64,000 bases of DNA from Klebsormidium nitens (lineage: Eukaryota > Plantae > Klebsormidiophyceae): the NCBI GenBank assembly GCA_000708835.1, contig DF237004.1:193480-257479 (forward strand). Direction: 5' to 3'. This document shows, one piece after another, positions 61,742 through 64,000 of this stretch (position 1 is its first letter; each line of letters opens with the position of its first letter). The notes under the pieces are model-generated. The model was not told where the DNA came from. It ran no database searches and was given only the letters and a program-made list of their open reading frames with translations. The translations under genes and the position numbers were made by a program.

Positions 61742-64000
61742 TTACGCTTGCTCGCCCCACTTTTTTAACCTCGCAATCGAGATCTCGTGTAGCTTGCACG
61801 CCTCCTCGTATAGCAAAGCGTCCCATCTGTTCAGTTCTGCGAGCTTTGCCGCCGTGGCTTTCGATAAATTATGTGAATGCACAGCCAGCCCCGCGCTAGA
61901 GTCGTCCAAAGTGGTCGGGTTAATTAAGGTGTCTTCTAGAGGAGCCACCGTTTCTTTCATGTTAAACAAGCGAGAGACTATGGGTGCCAAAGGTCTGACG
62001 TCCGACATATTGTCCGCTACGAACACCAGCGCGAAGCTGCGCAGGTGTTGCAGCGCGCACTCGTAATGCTCGCGCGTCATCCCGGTGAGCAGCGCGCTCG
62101 GTGTGTCTTCTTCGAGCCACTCCTCAGAGGCGCGGTCACTTTCTCGAAGCCCTGAACCACATGACGGTCTGATCAAGGACAATAACGGCCAGAAAGAATA
62201 AGATACCAACTAACAATAGAATTGCGAACCTGCAAGCTACCTGCGGGGAGCCGTAACCAACCTACTACCCCCACATCAGCCCTACCCGTTCCAGGCTGGC
62301 AAGTGTATCATTCCCGCCGCTTATTACAATCACGCCCCTTGTTTTAGACCCTCACCTGCGCCTTGGTTGCATAAGACCCGTGTCATGTGGTTACTCTTCT
62401 GGAAACCGCCGAACTGAAACTCGTCATCCCAAATGAAGTCGTCAAACGTCGCATCGCCAGCTGGCGGGATGACCGGCGAAAGCTTCCCGTTCTGGATGTT
62501 CCAGTTCCACCAGCTGACGATACGGGACACCGGATGCCGAAGCGTGGTGACGTAAGCGAAGGAGCCCCGGTGGCCGATCGAGTGGATGCCGTACGAGAAG
62601 TGGCCGCTGACGAGACGCGCGCGCTGGAAAGTGCGTTGGAGGCGGGCGCGTATCGGCTTTGGCAGGCCGTGGTACTTCGCCTCGTAGCTATATGACCAAA
62701 CCCAAGGTATGCAATCTATGTTCTTCCAGGCTGGGCTGCACGGGAGGAGATGCACTGTCGGTCAAAAGAGAGAGTGATTCGAAACTCAGGATGTCATAAA
62801 CCAGTAAGTTCTTCCAACGTTGCTATTAAGAGTAAGAGAAAAAGAGAAATTTCGACCTACTCTATTGACACTTCTTGCTTGGAACTACGCGTCATGATTA
62901 GTGTTGAACTATGATGGAGCCGCTTATCTGAATCGGCAGTCGTTCCTTACAGAAACGGGATGGATGAGAATCAAAGATAACGCTTGTATGCAAGATACAG
63001 ATCTTCTCAAGCGTGTTCACCTCAAAAGAAAGTGTATTGTACCCCGCCAATGAATCGGCGCCTTGCAGGGGCTAAAAAGGTGCCCCGCAGGTGGGCGCCA
63101 GCTAACGCACTTGTCTAATGCTGAAAGTGTTGCCATCGAAGCCCTAGACATCTTCGCGACACCCAATTGTCACAGGCCTGTTGGGCGTCAACAGTGCCTT
63201 AATACGGAGTGGTGCCTTTACGGTGACAAGACAACAACTATTGTAGGCATGTCAACACGCAACTTTTTGGCACGGGCCTACACGGTGCATTTCATTTGCT
63301 AATTTGAGGAGGGGACAAAATCCTGATGCTTCGTAAGCACTCACTCATCCCAAGCCGCGATCCCCGGGCAGTTTTTCGGGTCGTACTCTGCGTAGAGCAG
63401 GAGACTAAAGAGCCGGTTGCAAGTTTCTCCTTCCAGTCTCTGGAGTGCGCGCATGTTGGGCTGGCACTCCGCCATGCTCTCATCCGTTGAGAACATGACG
63501 TCGAGAGTGCTGCTGGCCGTTTTCTGGATCCGCAGGAGGAAAACCGTCGCACGGCCCGCAAGGAATTGGTCGTGCAAGGCCTCCAGAGGAAGCAGGTTTG
63601 TCCTGTAAAGAAAAAGCTTTTAGAGTAGATCCAGACCCGCATTTAACACCTTTTATCATCTAATCAACAAAGAATCGAGCTGTTCAACATCGATTTGGAG
63701 TTTTGAAAGCAGAGCCCTGCTGAAATTGTGTTGATCAGATACTGATTCCCGGTGTCAACTCAACTCAGTACCAAACCACTGATGCAGAAGAGCAGCTTTC
63801 AGATGAGCTACCTGAAGCAGGAGACCAAGGGCTAACTTACTCATCATCCACCAGTTCTTCCGCTTCCATGTCGGCGCTCTTTCCGTCATTCTTCCAGGCG
63901 TGTAATTGTATGTCATCATTTGCCTGTTTCGCTGGGTTCAGCATAACTGGGGCGGTTTCATTTCGATTCTGGTGCTCGATGACCGAGTGCTCCAGGGTGC
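61742..64000 (-). CDS. Golgi-type sulfotransferase copy 2; start lies beyond the window end
   Basis: Exons >64000-63841, 63602-63345, 62735-62356, 62151-61742 in phase; FLLRIQKTASSTL, YVTTLRHPVSRIVSWW, SNHMTRVL, LNRWDALLYE; no lesion seen. Confidence 0.85.

Noticed and set aside
1-64000. tRNA, rRNA, CRISPR arrays, telomeric arrays
   Set aside because: No cloverleaf or rRNA-like sequence; the periodic repeats are degenerate exon-derived units without constant repeat plus unique spacer; only isolated TTAGGG-like words.

Overview
Intron-rich eukaryotic nuclear DNA with GC-rich exons and mostly GT-AG introns. A plant-type VPS13S together with the ciliary gene MNS1 points to a flagellate-capable streptophyte green alga such as Klebsormidium (inference). 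Order of content: 3' ~19.5 kb of VPS13S/SHRUBBY (+); TAF9 (-); a ~6 kb multi-exon gene with a DASH/Dam1-complex Ask1-like motif (+); an intronless, probably myristoylated DUF3626 gene (-); a divergent TM9SF/EMP70 gene (+); MNS1/FAP127 (-); a secreted fungal/protist-type GH13 alpha-amylase with three apparent lesions (+); and two tandem, apparently intact Golgi sulfotransferase genes (-) from a duplication that also copied the amylase tail. Between the two sulfotransferases lie a second DUF3626 copy split by an inversion with a 6-bp inverted junction repeat and a LINE 3' fragment. The most unusual recurring pattern is 'splice-junction echoes': introns in three unrelated genes contain ladders of degenerate tandem copies of the neighbouring exon end plus its splice site, and one copy forms a complete in-frame 75-nt candidate exon. 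Gene models were assembled by eye (splice sites, phase checks, remembered family motifs); no database searches were run.
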